Assembly: GCA_017409475.1 (NCBI GenBank)
Contig: JAFQSP010000008.1
Coordinates: 51,650 to 115,649, forward strand
DNA from: Clostridia bacterium
Lineage (GTDB): Bacteria; Bacillota; Clostridia; Oscillospirales; Acutalibacteraceae
DNA: 64,000 nt
Direction: 5' to 3'
Numbering within the stretch: the first letter of the stretch is position 1; each line of letters opens with the position of its first letter. Below, in pieces: positions 29,624 to 39,508 of the stretch. The position numbers and the translations under genes were made by a program. A model generated the notes under the pieces. The model saw only the letters and a program-made list of their open reading frames with translations. It did no database searches and was not told where the DNA came from.

Positions 29624-30382
29624 TTATTGTTCTGCAATTAGGTCGGTCATAGAGTATATGCCCGCATCTTTTCCTACCATGAAAACAGCGGCTTTTACTG
29701 CGCCGACAGCAAATACTTCCTTAGACCTTGCGGAGTGAGAAAGCGTAATAATTTCGTCGCGCCCTGCGAAGATAACTTCGTGTTCTCCAACAATGGTGCC
29801 GCCTCTAACTGCATGCATACCGATTTCTTTTTTCGGTCGTTTTTCTCTGACTGAGTGGCGGTCATATTTGAGCTCGTATGATTTATCGAGCTGTTCATTT
29901 ATAGCATCTGCGAGCATTATTGCAGTTCCGCTTGGGGCATCAATCTTTTGATTGTGATGAGCTTCGATAATTTCAATATCAAAGCTGTCAGCAAGTACGG
30001 CAGTAGCCTTTTTAAGCAGGTCAGCAAGCAAATTTATACCGAGCGTCATATTGAACGAAAAGAAAATGGGTCTTGTTTTTGCGGCTTCTTTAATCATTTC
30101 GGTCTGCTTTTCGTCAAAGCCGGTTGTAGCAATTACTGCGGGAGTATTTGTATCGTGAACATAGCTTAAAAGCGAGGAAAGTACCGACGGATGAGAAAAG
30201 TCGATAATAACATCGGCTTCACATTTTACGTCAGAAAATGCAGAAAAAACAGGGTAGCTTGACAACATAACCGCATCCTTGTCAACGCCGGCAACAATTT
30301 CGCAATCGTCACGCGAATCGACAATATCGGTAATGAATTTACCCATTTTTCCGTTACATCCGCTTAAAATAATGCGTGTCAT
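29624..30382 (-). CDS. dapB: 4-hydroxy-tetrahydrodipicolinate reductase
   Basis: GCNGKMG Rossmann motif and the EAHHNQKIDAPSGTA signature. Confidence 0.93.
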   Translation of the reverse strand: MTRIILSGCNGKMGKFITDIVDSRDDCEIVAGVDKDAVMLSSYPVFSAFSDVKCEADVIIDFSHPSVLSSLLSYVHDTNTPAVIATTGFDEKQTEMIKEAAKTRPIFFSFNMTLGINLLADLLKKATAVLADSFDIEIIEAHHNQKIDAPSGTAIMLADAINEQLDKSYELKYDRHSVREKRPKKEIGMHAVRGGTIVGEHEVIFAGRDEIITLSHSARSKEVFAVGAVKAAVFMVGKDAGIYSMTDLIAEQ

Positions 30383-30404
30383 TTTTTCACATCCTAAAAT
30401 ACTT

Positions 30405-31295
30405 TTACTTTGTGAGTCCGACCTTTGCCATTTCGGCTTCGAGTGCCTTTCGAGCGGCTTCGCTCATTCTGATAAGTGGGAGACGGCATTCACCAACGTC
30501 ATAGCCCATGATGTTAAGTGCTTCCTTAACAGGAATGGGGTTAACATCTGAGAAAAGAGCGTCAACAAGCGGCAAATATTTAAGCTGTAATTCGCTTGCC
30601 TTTTTAAAATCACCGTCAAGCGCATACTGGCAAATATCGTGTGTTTCCTGGGGTACAACGTTTGAAAGCACCGAGATAACACCAAGTCCGCCAAGCGACA
30701 TAATCGGAACAATTTGGTCATCGTTACCCGAATAAATGTTGAGGTCTTCGCCGCAAAGGTGTGCAATCTGAGCAACGGCAGAAATGTCGCCGCTAGCTTC
30801 CTTTGTAGCAACGATATTTTCGATTTTTGAAAGCTCCTTGTAGGTTTCGGGCTTAATGTTTGTACCCGTTCTTGAAGGAACGTTGTATAAAATTACCGGC
30901 AAGGATGTGCTTTTTGCAATTGCGGTAAAGTGAGCAACAAGTCCGGCCTGCGAAGTCTTATTATAATAGGGGGTAACAACGAGCATAGCGTCAGCACCGG
31001 TTTGCTCGGCGAGAGCTGCTGTCTTAACGGCAAAAGCTGTATCGTTGCTTCCGGTACCAGCAATTACGGGAACGCGACCTTTTGCGAATTCGACAGTCTT
31101 TTTAATAACCTCAATATGCTCATCAATGTCGAGCGTAGCTGATTCGCCGGTGGTTCCACATGCAACGATTGCATCTGTACCATTTTGAATTTGGAACTCA
31201 ACGAGTTCTTCAAGCTTTTTATAGTTTACAGAACCGTCCGGATTCATAGGTGTAACCAGCGCAACTGCTGCACCGGTAAAAACAACCTTTTTCAT
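30405..31295 (-). CDS. dapA: 4-hydroxy-tetrahydrodipicolinate synthase
   Basis: GTTGESATL motif. GGAGGG lies 9 nt before ATG 31295 (MKKVVFTG). The track start at 31322 would overlap the asd stop. Confidence 0.92.
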   Translation of the reverse strand: MKKVVFTGAAVALVTPMNPDGSVNYKKLEELVEFQIQNGTDAIVACGTTGESATLDIDEHIEVIKKTVEFAKGRVPVIAGTGSNDTAFAVKTAALAEQTGADAMLVVTPYYNKTSQAGLVAHFTAIAKSTSLPVILYNVPSRTGTNIKPETYKELSKIENIVATKEASGDISAVAQIAHLCGEDLNIYSGNDDQIVPIMSLGGLGVISVLSNVVPQETHDICQYALDGDFKKASELQLKYLPLVDALFSDVNPIPVKEALNIMGYDVGECRLPLIRMSEAARKALEAEMAKVGLTK

Positions 31296-31321
31296 AACTG
31301 AATTCCCTCCAAACTTATTCA

Positions 31322-32404
31322 TCAGTCAAGATAGCCCATAGCGCAAAGAAGCTCGGCCATTAAAACGCCGCCGCCGGCAGCGCCTCTGAGCGTATTATGC
31401 GATAAACAAACGAATTTATAATCATACTGGGTGTCCTCGCGGAGACGTCCGGTGGAAATAGCCATACCGCCTTCGAGGTCACGGTGCAATTTTGCCTGGG
31501 GCATATTGTCCTCGGTAAAATAGTGGATAAACTGCTTGGGAGCGCTCGGAAGGTCAAGCTCCTGAGCCTTTCCGCTGAAATTAGCCCAAACGTCGAGAAT
31601 TTCTTCCTTTGTCGGCTTTTTATCAAAGTTTACGAAAACAGCGGCTGTGTGACCGTCGGAAACAGGGACACGTAAGCACTGAGCAGTGAATGCAGGGCTT
31701 GTTGCGGGAATAATTTTGTCTCCCTCGATTTTACCCCAAATTTTGAGCGGCTCTTTTTCTGATTTTTCTTCTTCACCGCCGATATAGGGGATAACATTAT
31801 CAACCATTTCGGGCCATGTGTCGAATGTTTTTCCTGCGCCTGAAATTGCCTGATATGTGCAAACGATAACCTGCTTTACGCCGAATTTTTCGTCAAGCGG
31901 ATAGAGCGCGGGAACATAGCTCTGAAGTGAGCAGTTGGACTTAACAGCGATAAATCCGCGCTTTGTGCCGAGGCGCTTTCTCTGAGCATTAATGATTTCA
32001 GCGTGGTAGGCGTTAATTTCGGGGATAATCATAGGAACGTCATCGGTGAAGCGATTTGCCGAGTTGTTTGACATAATCGGGCATTCAGCCTTTGCGTATT
32101 TTTCTTCAAGAGCTTTAATCTCGTCCTTTTTCATATCAACAGCGCAGAATGCAAAATCTACCATTCCTGCAACTGTTTCAACATCGGCTTCGGCATTGTA
32201 AACGGTCATTGCCTTTATCTTATCCGAAAGTGGAGTTTGCATCTTCCATCTTCCGCCGAGAGCTTCCTCATATGTTTTTCCTGCTGAACGGGGACTTGCT
32301 GCAAGTGCGGTAATTTCGAACCACGGATGATTTTCGAGCAGGGTGATGAAACGCTGACCGACCATACCTGTAGCGCCGATAATAGCAACCTTATATTTTT
32401 TCAT
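31322..32404 (-). CDS. asd: Aspartate-semialdehyde dehydrogenase
   Basis: GATGMVGQ NAD(P) motif, active-site Cys in SNCSLQS, 360 aa. Confidence 0.92.
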   Translation of the reverse strand: MKKYKVAIIGATGMVGQRFITLLENHPWFEITALAASPRSAGKTYEEALGGRWKMQTPLSDKIKAMTVYNAEADVETVAGMVDFAFCAVDMKKDEIKALEEKYAKAECPIMSNNSANRFTDDVPMIIPEINAYHAEIINAQRKRLGTKRGFIAVKSNCSLQSYVPALYPLDEKFGVKQVIVCTYQAISGAGKTFDTWPEMVDNVIPYIGGEEEKSEKEPLKIWGKIEGDKIIPATSPAFTAQCLRVPVSDGHTAAVFVNFDKKPTKEEILDVWANFSGKAQELDLPSAPKQFIHYFTEDNMPQAKLHRDLEGGMAISTGRLREDTQYDYKFVCLSHNTLRGAAGGGVLMAELLCAMGYLD

Positions 32405-32552
32405 TTTTGAGTTCCTCCTTGAAGGGTAGCCTTTGGTAAAAAATCATTGAAAACCGAGCGCCTATCTTATATAATGGTGAATGTGCAGGAAAAAGGCGTC
32501 GCTTGTCTGTTTATAAAACATCAATCGGCTACATTAAATTTACATAGATATA

Positions 32553-32581
32553 ATTTTATCATTTACGACCCTTGTTGTCAA
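32553..32581 (-). promoter_or_regulatory. SigA-type promoter of asd-dapA-dapB
   Basis: On the minus strand: TTGACA (32581-32576), 17 nt, TAAAAT (32558-32553). This leaves a roughly 145-nt leader. Confidence 0.5.
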
Positions 32582-32642
32582 ATTATTTTATGCGTTTATT
32601 TACAATAATGATACAGTTTAGCAATAGTGGAGAAAAAGAAGT

Positions 32643-33728
32643 ATGAAAAAAAGTGATTTTTATTACGATTTGCCCGAAAATCTGATAGCACAAACGCCTG
32701 TCGAGCCGCGAAACAGCTCGCGAATGATGGCGGTTAATAGGGAAAATGGTAAAATCGAGGATAAAAACTTTTATAATTTGCCCGAATATCTGCGTGAGGG
32801 TGATTGTCTCATTCTCAATAATACACGTGTGCTTCCTGCACGTATTTTCGGTGTAAAAGAGGATACGGGAGCTGTCGTTGAATTCGTCCTTTTGAAGCAG
32901 GTTGAAAACATGGTTTGGGAATGTCTTGCCGGGCCGGGAAGAAGGGCAAAACCGGGGACGAGATTTTCTTTCGGCGAAGGGCTCATGTACGGCGAAGTTG
33001 TTGACGTAAAAGAGGGCAACCGCCTCGTAAAATTCGAATGTGACGGAGTGTTTTTTGATGTGCTCGATAGGGTGGGTCAAATGCCCCTGCCGCCATATAT
33101 TCACGAAAAACTGAATGATAAGGAACGCTACCAAACAGTATATTCAAAGGAGCTTGGCTCGGCGGCTGCACCAACTGCAGGACTTCATTTTACACCCGAA
33201 ATGATTGACGAGCTTCGCAATATGGGAATAAATATCGGTTACGTCACCCTTCACGTCGGACTGGGTACCTTCCGTCCGGTAAAAGAGGATGATATAAAAA
33301 AGCATAAGATGCACTCGGAGCATTATTTTATGCCAAAGGAAACAGCAAAGCTTATTAACGAAACAAAGAAAAACGGCGGTCGAGTTATCTGTGTCGGTAC
33401 TACGGGGTGCAGAACGGTCGAAAGCGTGTTTTCATTTGTTTTGAAAAATGACGGGGATAAGCTTGATTATATTCTCGATGGGGATAAAAAGAAGCTGCTT
33501 TTACCCGAGGGCATCGATTTTTCGGGCGATACTGACATTTTCATTTATCCGGGATATGAATTTAAGTGTATGGATGGGCTTATTACTAATTTTCACCTAC
33601 CCGAAAGCACTCTCATAATGCTTGTTTCGGCGTTTCTCGGATATGATGATACCATGAACGCGTACAGGTCAGCGGTTGAAAAGAAATATCGATTTTTCTC
33701 ATTCGGCGATGCAATGCTCATAGTATAA
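32643..33728 (+). CDS. queA: S-adenosylmethionine:tRNA ribosyltransferase-isomerase
   Basis: The N-terminus [15 protein letters not shown] and the C-terminus FSFGDAMLI are hallmarks of QueA. Confidence 0.93.
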   Translation: MKKSDFYYDLPENLIAQTPVEPRNSSRMMAVNRENGKIEDKNFYNLPEYLREGDCLILNNTRVLPARIFGVKEDTGAVVEFVLLKQVENMVWECLAGPGRRAKPGTRFSFGEGLMYGEVVDVKEGNRLVKFECDGVFFDVLDRVGQMPLPPYIHEKLNDKERYQTVYSKELGSAAAPTAGLHFTPEMIDELRNMGINIGYVTLHVGLGTFRPVKEDDIKKHKMHSEHYFMPKETAKLINETKKNGGRVICVGTTGCRTVESVFSFVLKNDGDKLDYILDGDKKKLLLPEGIDFSGDTDIFIYPGYEFKCMDGLITNFHLPESTLIMLVSAFLGYDDTMNAYRSAVEKKYRFFSFGDAMLIV

Positions 33729-33857
33729 GTGACGCTGTCATTTATACAGTGAAGAGCGAAAAGTGAATAGTGAAGAGTTAAGGTGTCGGCTTCGCCGACG
33801 AAAACAAAAAACATGTAATTATGTAAACAAGATGGAATAGGATACAGGAGATATACA

Positions 33858-34988
33858 ATGTATAAGCTGATAAAAAAACAGGGTAACGCGCGTAGAGGCA
33901 GCTTTGAAACTGTACACGGTACGGTGCAAACGCCTGCCTTTATGAATGTAGCTACCGCAGCGGCAATAAAGGGCGGCATATCTGCCTTTGATTTAAAGGA
34001 TTTGCGTTGCCAGGTTATGCTGTCAAACACCTATCACCTCAATTTGCGCCCGTCAAGCGAGGTTGTAAAAGAGGCAGGTGGACTTCACAAATTTACCGGT
34101 TGGGACGGACCGATTTTGACCGATAGCGGCGGATTTCAGGTTTTTTCGCTTTCCTCGCTGAGAAAAATTAACGAGGATGGAGTAACCTTTGCTTCGCATA
34201 TAGATGGAAGAAGAATTTTCATGGGCCCTGAGGAAAGTATGCAGATTCAGTCGAATCTCGCTTCTACGATTGCAATGGCTTTTGATGAATGCGTTGAAAA
34301 CCCCGCAACCTATGAATATACAAAGCAGTCGGCCGACCGGACTGTTCGCTGGCTGGAACGTTGCAAAAAGGAAATGGAACGTCTTAATTCCCTTGATGAT
34401 ACGATAAATAAAAATCAGCTTCTTTTCGGCATAAATCAGGGTAGCACCTACGAGAATTTGCGTATTGCCAACATGAAGCAGATTGCCTCTCTCGATATGG
34501 ACGGATACGCAATCGGTGGGCTTGCCGTTGGTGAATCGGCCGAGGATATGTATAGAATTATCGAGGCGGTTGAACCTTTTATGCCAAAGGACAAAATACG
34601 CTATTTAATGGGCGTAGGAACGCCTGCGAATATTCTTGAAGCGGTGGATAGGGGAGTTGACCTTTTTGACTGTGTTATGCCGAGCCGAAATGCCCGTCAC
34701 GGACATCTTTTCACCTCTAACGGAACGATAAACATTAATAATAATAAATATGAGCGCGACTTTACCCCGATTGATGAAAAATGCGGTTGTCCTGCCTGCC
34801 GAAATCATATAAGAGCGTATATCCGCCATTTATTAAAGGCTGACGAAATGCTCGGGCATCGACTTTGCGTTATGCATAACCTTTGGTTTTACAATACCTT
34901 TATGGAAAAAATACGCTTAGCAATCGACGAGGACCGTTTTCCTGCATTTAAGGAGGAAATGCTCGCAACCGTTTGCCGTAGAATTTAA
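33858..34988 (+). CDS. tgt: Queuine tRNA-ribosyltransferase
   Basis: TDSGGFQV, GGLAVGE and the zinc site CGCPAC..H. Confidence 0.94.
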   Translation: MYKLIKKQGNARRGSFETVHGTVQTPAFMNVATAAAIKGGISAFDLKDLRCQVMLSNTYHLNLRPSSEVVKEAGGLHKFTGWDGPILTDSGGFQVFSLSSLRKINEDGVTFASHIDGRRIFMGPEESMQIQSNLASTIAMAFDECVENPATYEYTKQSADRTVRWLERCKKEMERLNSLDDTINKNQLLFGINQGSTYENLRIANMKQIASLDMDGYAIGGLAVGESAEDMYRIIEAVEPFMPKDKIRYLMGVGTPANILEAVDRGVDLFDCVMPSRNARHGHLFTSNGTININNNKYERDFTPIDEKCGCPACRNHIRAYIRHLLKADEMLGHRLCVMHNLWFYNTFMEKIRLAIDEDRFPAFKEEMLATVCRRI

Positions 34989-35112
34989 TATTTTGAGTTG
35001 AATTTTCATTGTTTACGGACAAAAATGTTCACCCTTTCACAAAATCTTGTGGAAGGGTGATTTTTTATGCACAATGCACGAAAAAAAGTTAAAAAATTTT
35101 TTATGTTAACTA

Positions 35113-35141
35113 TTGCAAAATTATTATTGTGATTGTATAAT
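35113..35141 (+). promoter_or_regulatory. SigA-type promoter of the dcw cluster (Pmra)
   Basis: TTGCAA (35113-35118), 17 nt, TATAAT (35136-35141) with an extended -10 TG at 35133-35134. Confidence 0.6.
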
Positions 35142-35155
35142 AACATTAAAATGAT

Positions 35156-35187
35156 AGTGAAGTGGCGCCAAATGGAGTGAAATGGTG
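35156..35187 (+). promoter_or_regulatory. Candidate MraZ operator: direct repeats at 10-bp phasing
   Basis: GTGG 35162-35165, ATGG 35172-35175 and ATGG 35182-35185 are spaced exactly 10 bp apart. AGTGAA occurs at 35156 and 35176. The site lies just downstream of the -10 box. Confidence 0.45.
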
Positions 35188-35212
35188 CAAAAATAGAAGG
35201 GAGGATATTACA

Positions 35213-35638
35213 TTGACAGGTACGTTTTTTCACAATGTTGATAAAAAAGACCGTATCTTCATACCGGCCAAGATTCGCGAAGAGCTTGGCCTATCCTTCG
35301 TAATGTCCATTCCGTTCGACGGTCAGCCCTGCATCTCCATTTACACCAAGGAATACTGGAACAGCATGAAGCAGAGAATTGATGCTCTACCGTATCAGGA
35401 AAAAATGCTTATCATGCGTGTTATTGGCCCGCTTACCGATGATAATACAGTTTGCGATGCACAGGGACGCGTTCACATTCCTGCTGAGCTTAAAAAGCAT
35501 GCGGGACTTAGTGACAAGGTTTGCATTATAGGTACATCCGAAACGCTCGAAATCTGGAACGAAGAAACATGGCAGCAGCGCAAGGCAAAGGAAGAAAGCG
35601 AAGGACTTGCCAATATCCTCGGTCGAATTTCACTTTAA
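35213..35638 (+). CDS. mraZ: Transcriptional regulator MraZ
   Basis: Two SpoVT/AbrB-like halves with DxxxR motifs (DKKDRIFIPAKIRE, DAQGRVHIPAELKK). GGGAGG lies before TTG 35213. The ORF track extends to 35162. Confidence 0.9.
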   Translation: MTGTFFHNVDKKDRIFIPAKIREELGLSFVMSIPFDGQPCISIYTKEYWNSMKQRIDALPYQEKMLIMRVIGPLTDDNTVCDAQGRVHIPAELKKHAGLSDKVCIIGTSETLEIWNEETWQQRKAKEESEGLANILGRISL

Positions 35639-35659
35639 TTTCTTATTTGGAGCAAATAA

Positions 35660-36583
35660 ATGGAATTCAATCATATATCTGTATTATTAAATGAATGCAT
35701 AGATACATTAAATATAAAGCCGGATGGAATTTATATTGACGGAACAGCCGGTGGAGCAGGTCACTCCTGCGAAATTGCAAAGCGGCTTACAACAGGTCGG
35801 CTGATTTCTCTTGATAAAGACCCCGACGCGATAAAGACGGCAACCGAAAGATTGGCTCCGTATAAATGCGCAACGGTAGTTGATTCTGATTTTTCTAATT
35901 TTGATTTGGTTCTTTCGTCACTCGGAATTGAAAAGGTCGACGGAATTTTACTTGACCTCGGCGTTTCATCGCATCAAATTGATACGGCTGAGCGTGGCTT
36001 TTCCTTTCACGCCGATGCACCTCTCGATATGAGAATGTCACAACAGGGAAGAAGCGCAGCTGATTTTGTTAATGAAGAAAGCCTCGAAACACTTACAAGA
36101 GTGATTCGCGACTATTCCGACGAAAAATTTGCATTTAAAATTGCCAAGGCGATCGTTTCCGCAAGGGAAAAGGCGCCGATTAAAACAACCCTTCAGCTTG
36201 CCGAAATCGTAGCGTCAGCGGTACCTGCCGCAGCAAGAAGGGACGGCCATCCGGCACGAAGAACCTTTCAGGCGATAAGAATAGCGGTAAACGGCGAACT
36301 TGATTCGCTGTCGGAGTTTCTTTCAAAGGCGATTGATTACGTTAATAAGGACGGCGTAATCGCAATAATAACCTTTCATTCACTCGAGGATAGAATGGTT
36401 AAACACGCCTTTGTTGATTGGAATAAGGGTTGCACCTGTCCAAAGGATTTTCCGGTTTGCGTTTGCGGAAAGACGGCAAAGGCACAGTTTGTTACCCGAA
36501 AGGCGATTACAGCCGATGAGGAACAGCTTAACGAAAATATAAGAGCCCGAAGCGCAAGACTTCGAGCGGTATATAAACTTTAA
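35660..36583 (+). CDS. rsmH: 16S rRNA (cytosine1402-N4)-methyltransferase
   Basis: DGTAGGAGHS SAM motif, DLGVSSHQ, FHSLEDR. Confidence 0.94.
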   Translation: MEFNHISVLLNECIDTLNIKPDGIYIDGTAGGAGHSCEIAKRLTTGRLISLDKDPDAIKTATERLAPYKCATVVDSDFSNFDLVLSSLGIEKVDGILLDLGVSSHQIDTAERGFSFHADAPLDMRMSQQGRSAADFVNEESLETLTRVIRDYSDEKFAFKIAKAIVSAREKAPIKTTLQLAEIVASAVPAAARRDGHPARRTFQAIRIAVNGELDSLSEFLSKAIDYVNKDGVIAIITFHSLEDRMVKHAFVDWNKGCTCPKDFPVCVCGKTAKAQFVTRKAITADEEQLNENIRARSARLRAVYKL

Positions 36584-36599
36584 AAGGGGAGTAAAAAAG

Positions 36600-37100
36600 G
36601 TGGAATACAAGGCAAATTACAGCCGTAGATATTATGTTGAGAGCACAGCATACGATTTTGACATGTTTACCGAAAAATCGAAACGCACCTCAAATGTTGT
36701 CGATTTTGAAAAAGCAAAGAAAAAATCGCAGCCTCGCTCAAAACAGTCATCTAATAACGCAAAATCACATAAAGTTAATATGCGCCTTGTTTCGACCTTT
36801 ATGGTTTGTCTCCTTTTCTTAGGAATGTTTGGTGTAAACATCTATCTTCGCGGAGAGATAAATGAGATAAGCGCCGAAACAGCAAAAATTGAAAAACTGA
36901 TTAATCAAAAAGAAAGCGAATATATAGCCCTTGAGGTTGAGTTTGATAACCGCGTATCGTATAAAAATCTTGAAACGGCGGCAGCGGAACTCGGAATGCA
37001 AAAGGCGCAAAAGCATCAGGTCAATTATATTGTAACAAACGGAGAAAATCGTTCTGAGGAGATTGACGGCACAAAATTTATTACAGCCGACAATAATTGA
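36600..37100 (+). CDS. ftsL: FtsL-like bitopic cell-division protein
   Basis: Position after rsmH, a single TM (LVSTFMVCLLFLGMFGVNIYL) followed by a coiled-coil-like segment. GTG start 8 nt after GGGGAG. Confidence 0.7.
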   Translation: MEYKANYSRRYYVESTAYDFDMFTEKSKRTSNVVDFEKAKKKSQPRSKQSSNNAKSHKVNMRLVSTFMVCLLFLGMFGVNIYLRGEINEISAETAKIEKLINQKESEYIALEVEFDNRVSYKNLETAAAELGMQKAQKHQVNYIVTNGENRSEEIDGTKFITADNN

Positions 37101-37265
37101 CTATGAAATCGAAAAAAGTATGCAATAATATATGTTGCAGTAAATCAACGGTTATTTAAAAAATAAATTTTCGTGAGAGCATCTCGTAAAAAACGGGATA
37201 TTTGCTGTCGCGAAAATTTTGCATTTTATCCGAATTAAATTATTGTCTGGAAAGGTAGTTTTGCC

Positions 37266-39488
37266 ATGGGATACGGCTCAACGAGATCAATGCGCCAGAG
37301 AGCGCTTTCAATAATTCTTGTTATTACTGTCCTTTTATTCGGGGCATCAAGTGTAAATCTTATGAAATATATGCTGTTTGACTCGGCTTTTTATCAAAAA
37401 AAGGCAACCATGCAGCAGCTCCAGGATACCGAAATTTCGGCAAAACGCGGAGATATATATGACAGAAATATGGAGGTTCTTGCTACAAGTGCAACGGCAT
37501 ATACCGTTTATATCACGCCGCAGGATATAAAGGACGATGATACCGCAAAGCTGCTTGCAAAGGGTCTCTCCGAGCTTCTCGATGTTGAGTACGATAAGGT
37601 ATATAACGCGACAAAAAAATCAACCTACTACGAAAAGATAAAGACAAAGATTGACCAAACTCTTGCCAATAAGGTGAGAACATTCATAAGCGAAAATAAG
37701 CTCGGCGCAATAGTTGGCCTAGATGAAGGGTCAAAGCGCTATTACCCGAATGATAATTTGGCGTCTACCGTTCTCGGCTTTGTTGGAGCTGATAATCAGG
37801 GGCTAAACGGACTTGAATCGTATTATGACGATATGCTGAAAGGAGTACCCGGTCGAGTTATTGCCGCAAAGAATGCTACAGGAGCAGATATGCCTTTCAG
37901 CTACGAAAAGGTAGTCGATGCCCAAACAGGAAACTCACTTGTTTTAACAATTGACAGCTACATTCAGTATGTTGCTGAAAAATATCTTGAGGAAGCGGTT
38001 AGCCAGTATTCCTGTAACGAGCGTGGTTGCGTAATTGTTATGGACCCAAAAACAGGCGAAATTTACGCCATGGCGACCAAACCCGATTATAACCCGAATA
38101 CTCCGTTCACCATTTATGATTCGAAGGTTGCCGAAGCAATTGAAGAGCTGACGGGTGACGAAAGAACGAAGGCAGTTTCAGCTGCTCAACAAAAACAATG
38201 GCGTAATAAAGCAATATGCGACACCTATGAACCCGGCTCGGTATTTAAGATTGTGACAGGTTCAGCCGCATATGAGGAATCAAAAATTTCAAAAAACAGC
38301 ACCTTTAATTGTTCGGGAAAAATAAATATCGCGGGAACAACCTATAATTGTCATAAGCATTCCGGACACGGTCACCAGAACCTTGCCGGTGCATTCCAGA
38401 ATTCATGTAACCCTGCATTTATCCAAATTGGCCAGATGCTCGGTACCGAATTGTTTTTTAAGTATTTTCAGGCATACGGACTGACCGAAAAAACAGGAAT
38501 CGACCTTCCCGGTGAAGCATCAACCGTTGCCGGAGTCAGCTATCACGATATAAGCACAATGTCGATTGTTGACCTTGCATCCGAGTCGTTCGGTCAGGGC
38601 TTTAACGTAACCCCGATTCAGCTTGCTACAGCGGTTTGCGCTTCGGTAAACGGCGGTTACCTCGTTAAGCCCCATGTTGTAAAGAAAATTGTCGATTCAG
38701 AAGGCAATACCGTTAAGAAGATTGAAAAAACAGTAAAGCGCCAGGTTATTTCGGACGAAACGAGCAAGGCGATTTGCTCATTCTTAGAGGGCGTAGTTAC
38801 CGAAGGTTCGGGTAAAAACTCGTATGTAGCGGGTTATCGAGTCGGCGGAAAGACGGGTACGTCACAGAAATTGGCTCAGAGTAATGCCGACGGTGTAAAG
38901 CGACTTGTAGCTTCCTTCTGCGGTGTTGCCCCTTGTGACGATGCTCAGCTCGTTTGCCTTGTCGTTCTCGACGAGCCTAACGCACCGGTTGTTTATGGCG
39001 GAACCCTTGCCGCACCGGTTGCAGGAAAGATATTTGCCGACGTTCTTCCTTATCTCGGTGTCGAAGCTGTTTATACCGAGGAGGAACTCAAAAACATCGA
39101 TATAGCTGTACCGTCAGCCGTTGGAAAACAGATAGATGATGCAAAGAGATTGTTTGAATCAAGCGGAATTTCGGTAAAAACAGTAGGAAACGGCGAAAAG
39201 GTTGTACGTCAGTTACCGACAGCAGGACATCTCATTTCACGTGGCGGAACGGTAGTCCTTTATACCGATGATACAGAAAATGCAAAGGTGACCGTTCCCG
39301 ATTTCAGCGGTTACTCAATTTCGGGAGCAAACTCACTTGCAAGTCAGCATCAGCTTAATATAACCTTGGCGGGTGTAACGGGCGAAAACAGCGGAGCAAC
39401 TGCTTACAGCCAGTCAATTGCACCGGGAGAAAAGGTTGATATGGGAACAATTATTACTGTCAGCTTCAGAGTATCAAGCACAGACTGA
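37266..39488 (+). CDS. Class B penicillin-binding protein with two C-terminal PASTA domains (FtsI/PBP2B/SpoVD type)
   Basis: N-terminal TM, dimerisation domain, transpeptidase motifs SVFK, SCN and KTGTS, then two PASTA-like repeats in the last ~130 aa. Confidence 0.9.
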   Translation: MGYGSTRSMRQRALSIILVITVLLFGASSVNLMKYMLFDSAFYQKKATMQQLQDTEISAKRGDIYDRNMEVLATSATAYTVYITPQDIKDDDTAKLLAKGLSELLDVEYDKVYNATKKSTYYEKIKTKIDQTLANKVRTFISENKLGAIVGLDEGSKRYYPNDNLASTVLGFVGADNQGLNGLESYYDDMLKGVPGRVIAAKNATGADMPFSYEKVVDAQTGNSLVLTIDSYIQYVAEKYLEEAVSQYSCNERGCVIVMDPKTGEIYAMATKPDYNPNTPFTIYDSKVAEAIEELTGDERTKAVSAAQQKQWRNKAICDTYEPGSVFKIVTGSAAYEESKISKNSTFNCSGKINIAGTTYNCHKHSGHGHQNLAGAFQNSCNPAFIQIGQMLGTELFFKYFQAYGLTEKTGIDLPGEASTVAGVSYHDISTMSIVDLASESFGQGFNVTPIQLATAVCASVNGGYLVKPHVVKKIVDSEGNTVKKIEKTVKRQVISDETSKAICSFLEGVVTEGSGKNSYVAGYRVGGKTGTSQKLAQSNADGVKRLVASFCGVAPCDDAQLVCLVVLDEPNAPVVYGGTLAAPVAGKIFADVLPYLGVEAVYTEEELKNIDIAVPSAVGKQIDDAKRLFESSGISVKTVGNGEKVVRQLPTAGHLISRGGTVVLYTDDTENAKVTVPDFSGYSISGANSLASQHQLNITLAGVTGENSGATAYSQSIAPGEKVDMGTIITVSFRVSSTD

Positions 39489-39508
39489 TTTATTAGAAAG
39501 GAAAAACT

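Noticed and set aside
32405-32552. Possible lysine (L-box) riboswitch in the roughly 145-nt leader of asd-dapA-dapB. On the minus strand AAGATAGGCGCTCGG resembles the 5' start of known L-boxes, and GTAGCC/GGCTAC can form a long-range helix.
   Set aside because: Only about 60 nt remain between that motif and the ATG. An L-box needs about 180 nt with five helices, and I could not find the other conserved blocks. A cmsearch with Rfam RF00168 would settle it.
32583-33134. 183-aa ORF antisense to queA, and likewise the 145-aa ORF at 33593-34030 spanning the queA-tgt junction
   Set aside because: Both overlap strongly supported genes on the opposite strand and have no motifs or RBS.
33748-33777. 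AGTGAAGAG / AGTGAA / AGTGAAGAG direct repeats and a GTCGGC-TTC-GCCGAC hairpin between queA and tgt
   Set aside because: The repeats are short purine-rich words with irregular spacing (14 and 7 nt), the hairpin has no T-run on either strand, and no promoter context was evident. This is too weak to call.
37165-37220. 11-bp long-range pairing (AAATTTTCGTG / CGCGAAAATTT) in the ftsL-pbp intergenic region as a possible attenuator
   Set aside because: The stem is AT-rich with a 33-nt loop, has no T-run or competing structure, and is easily produced by chance in this composition.
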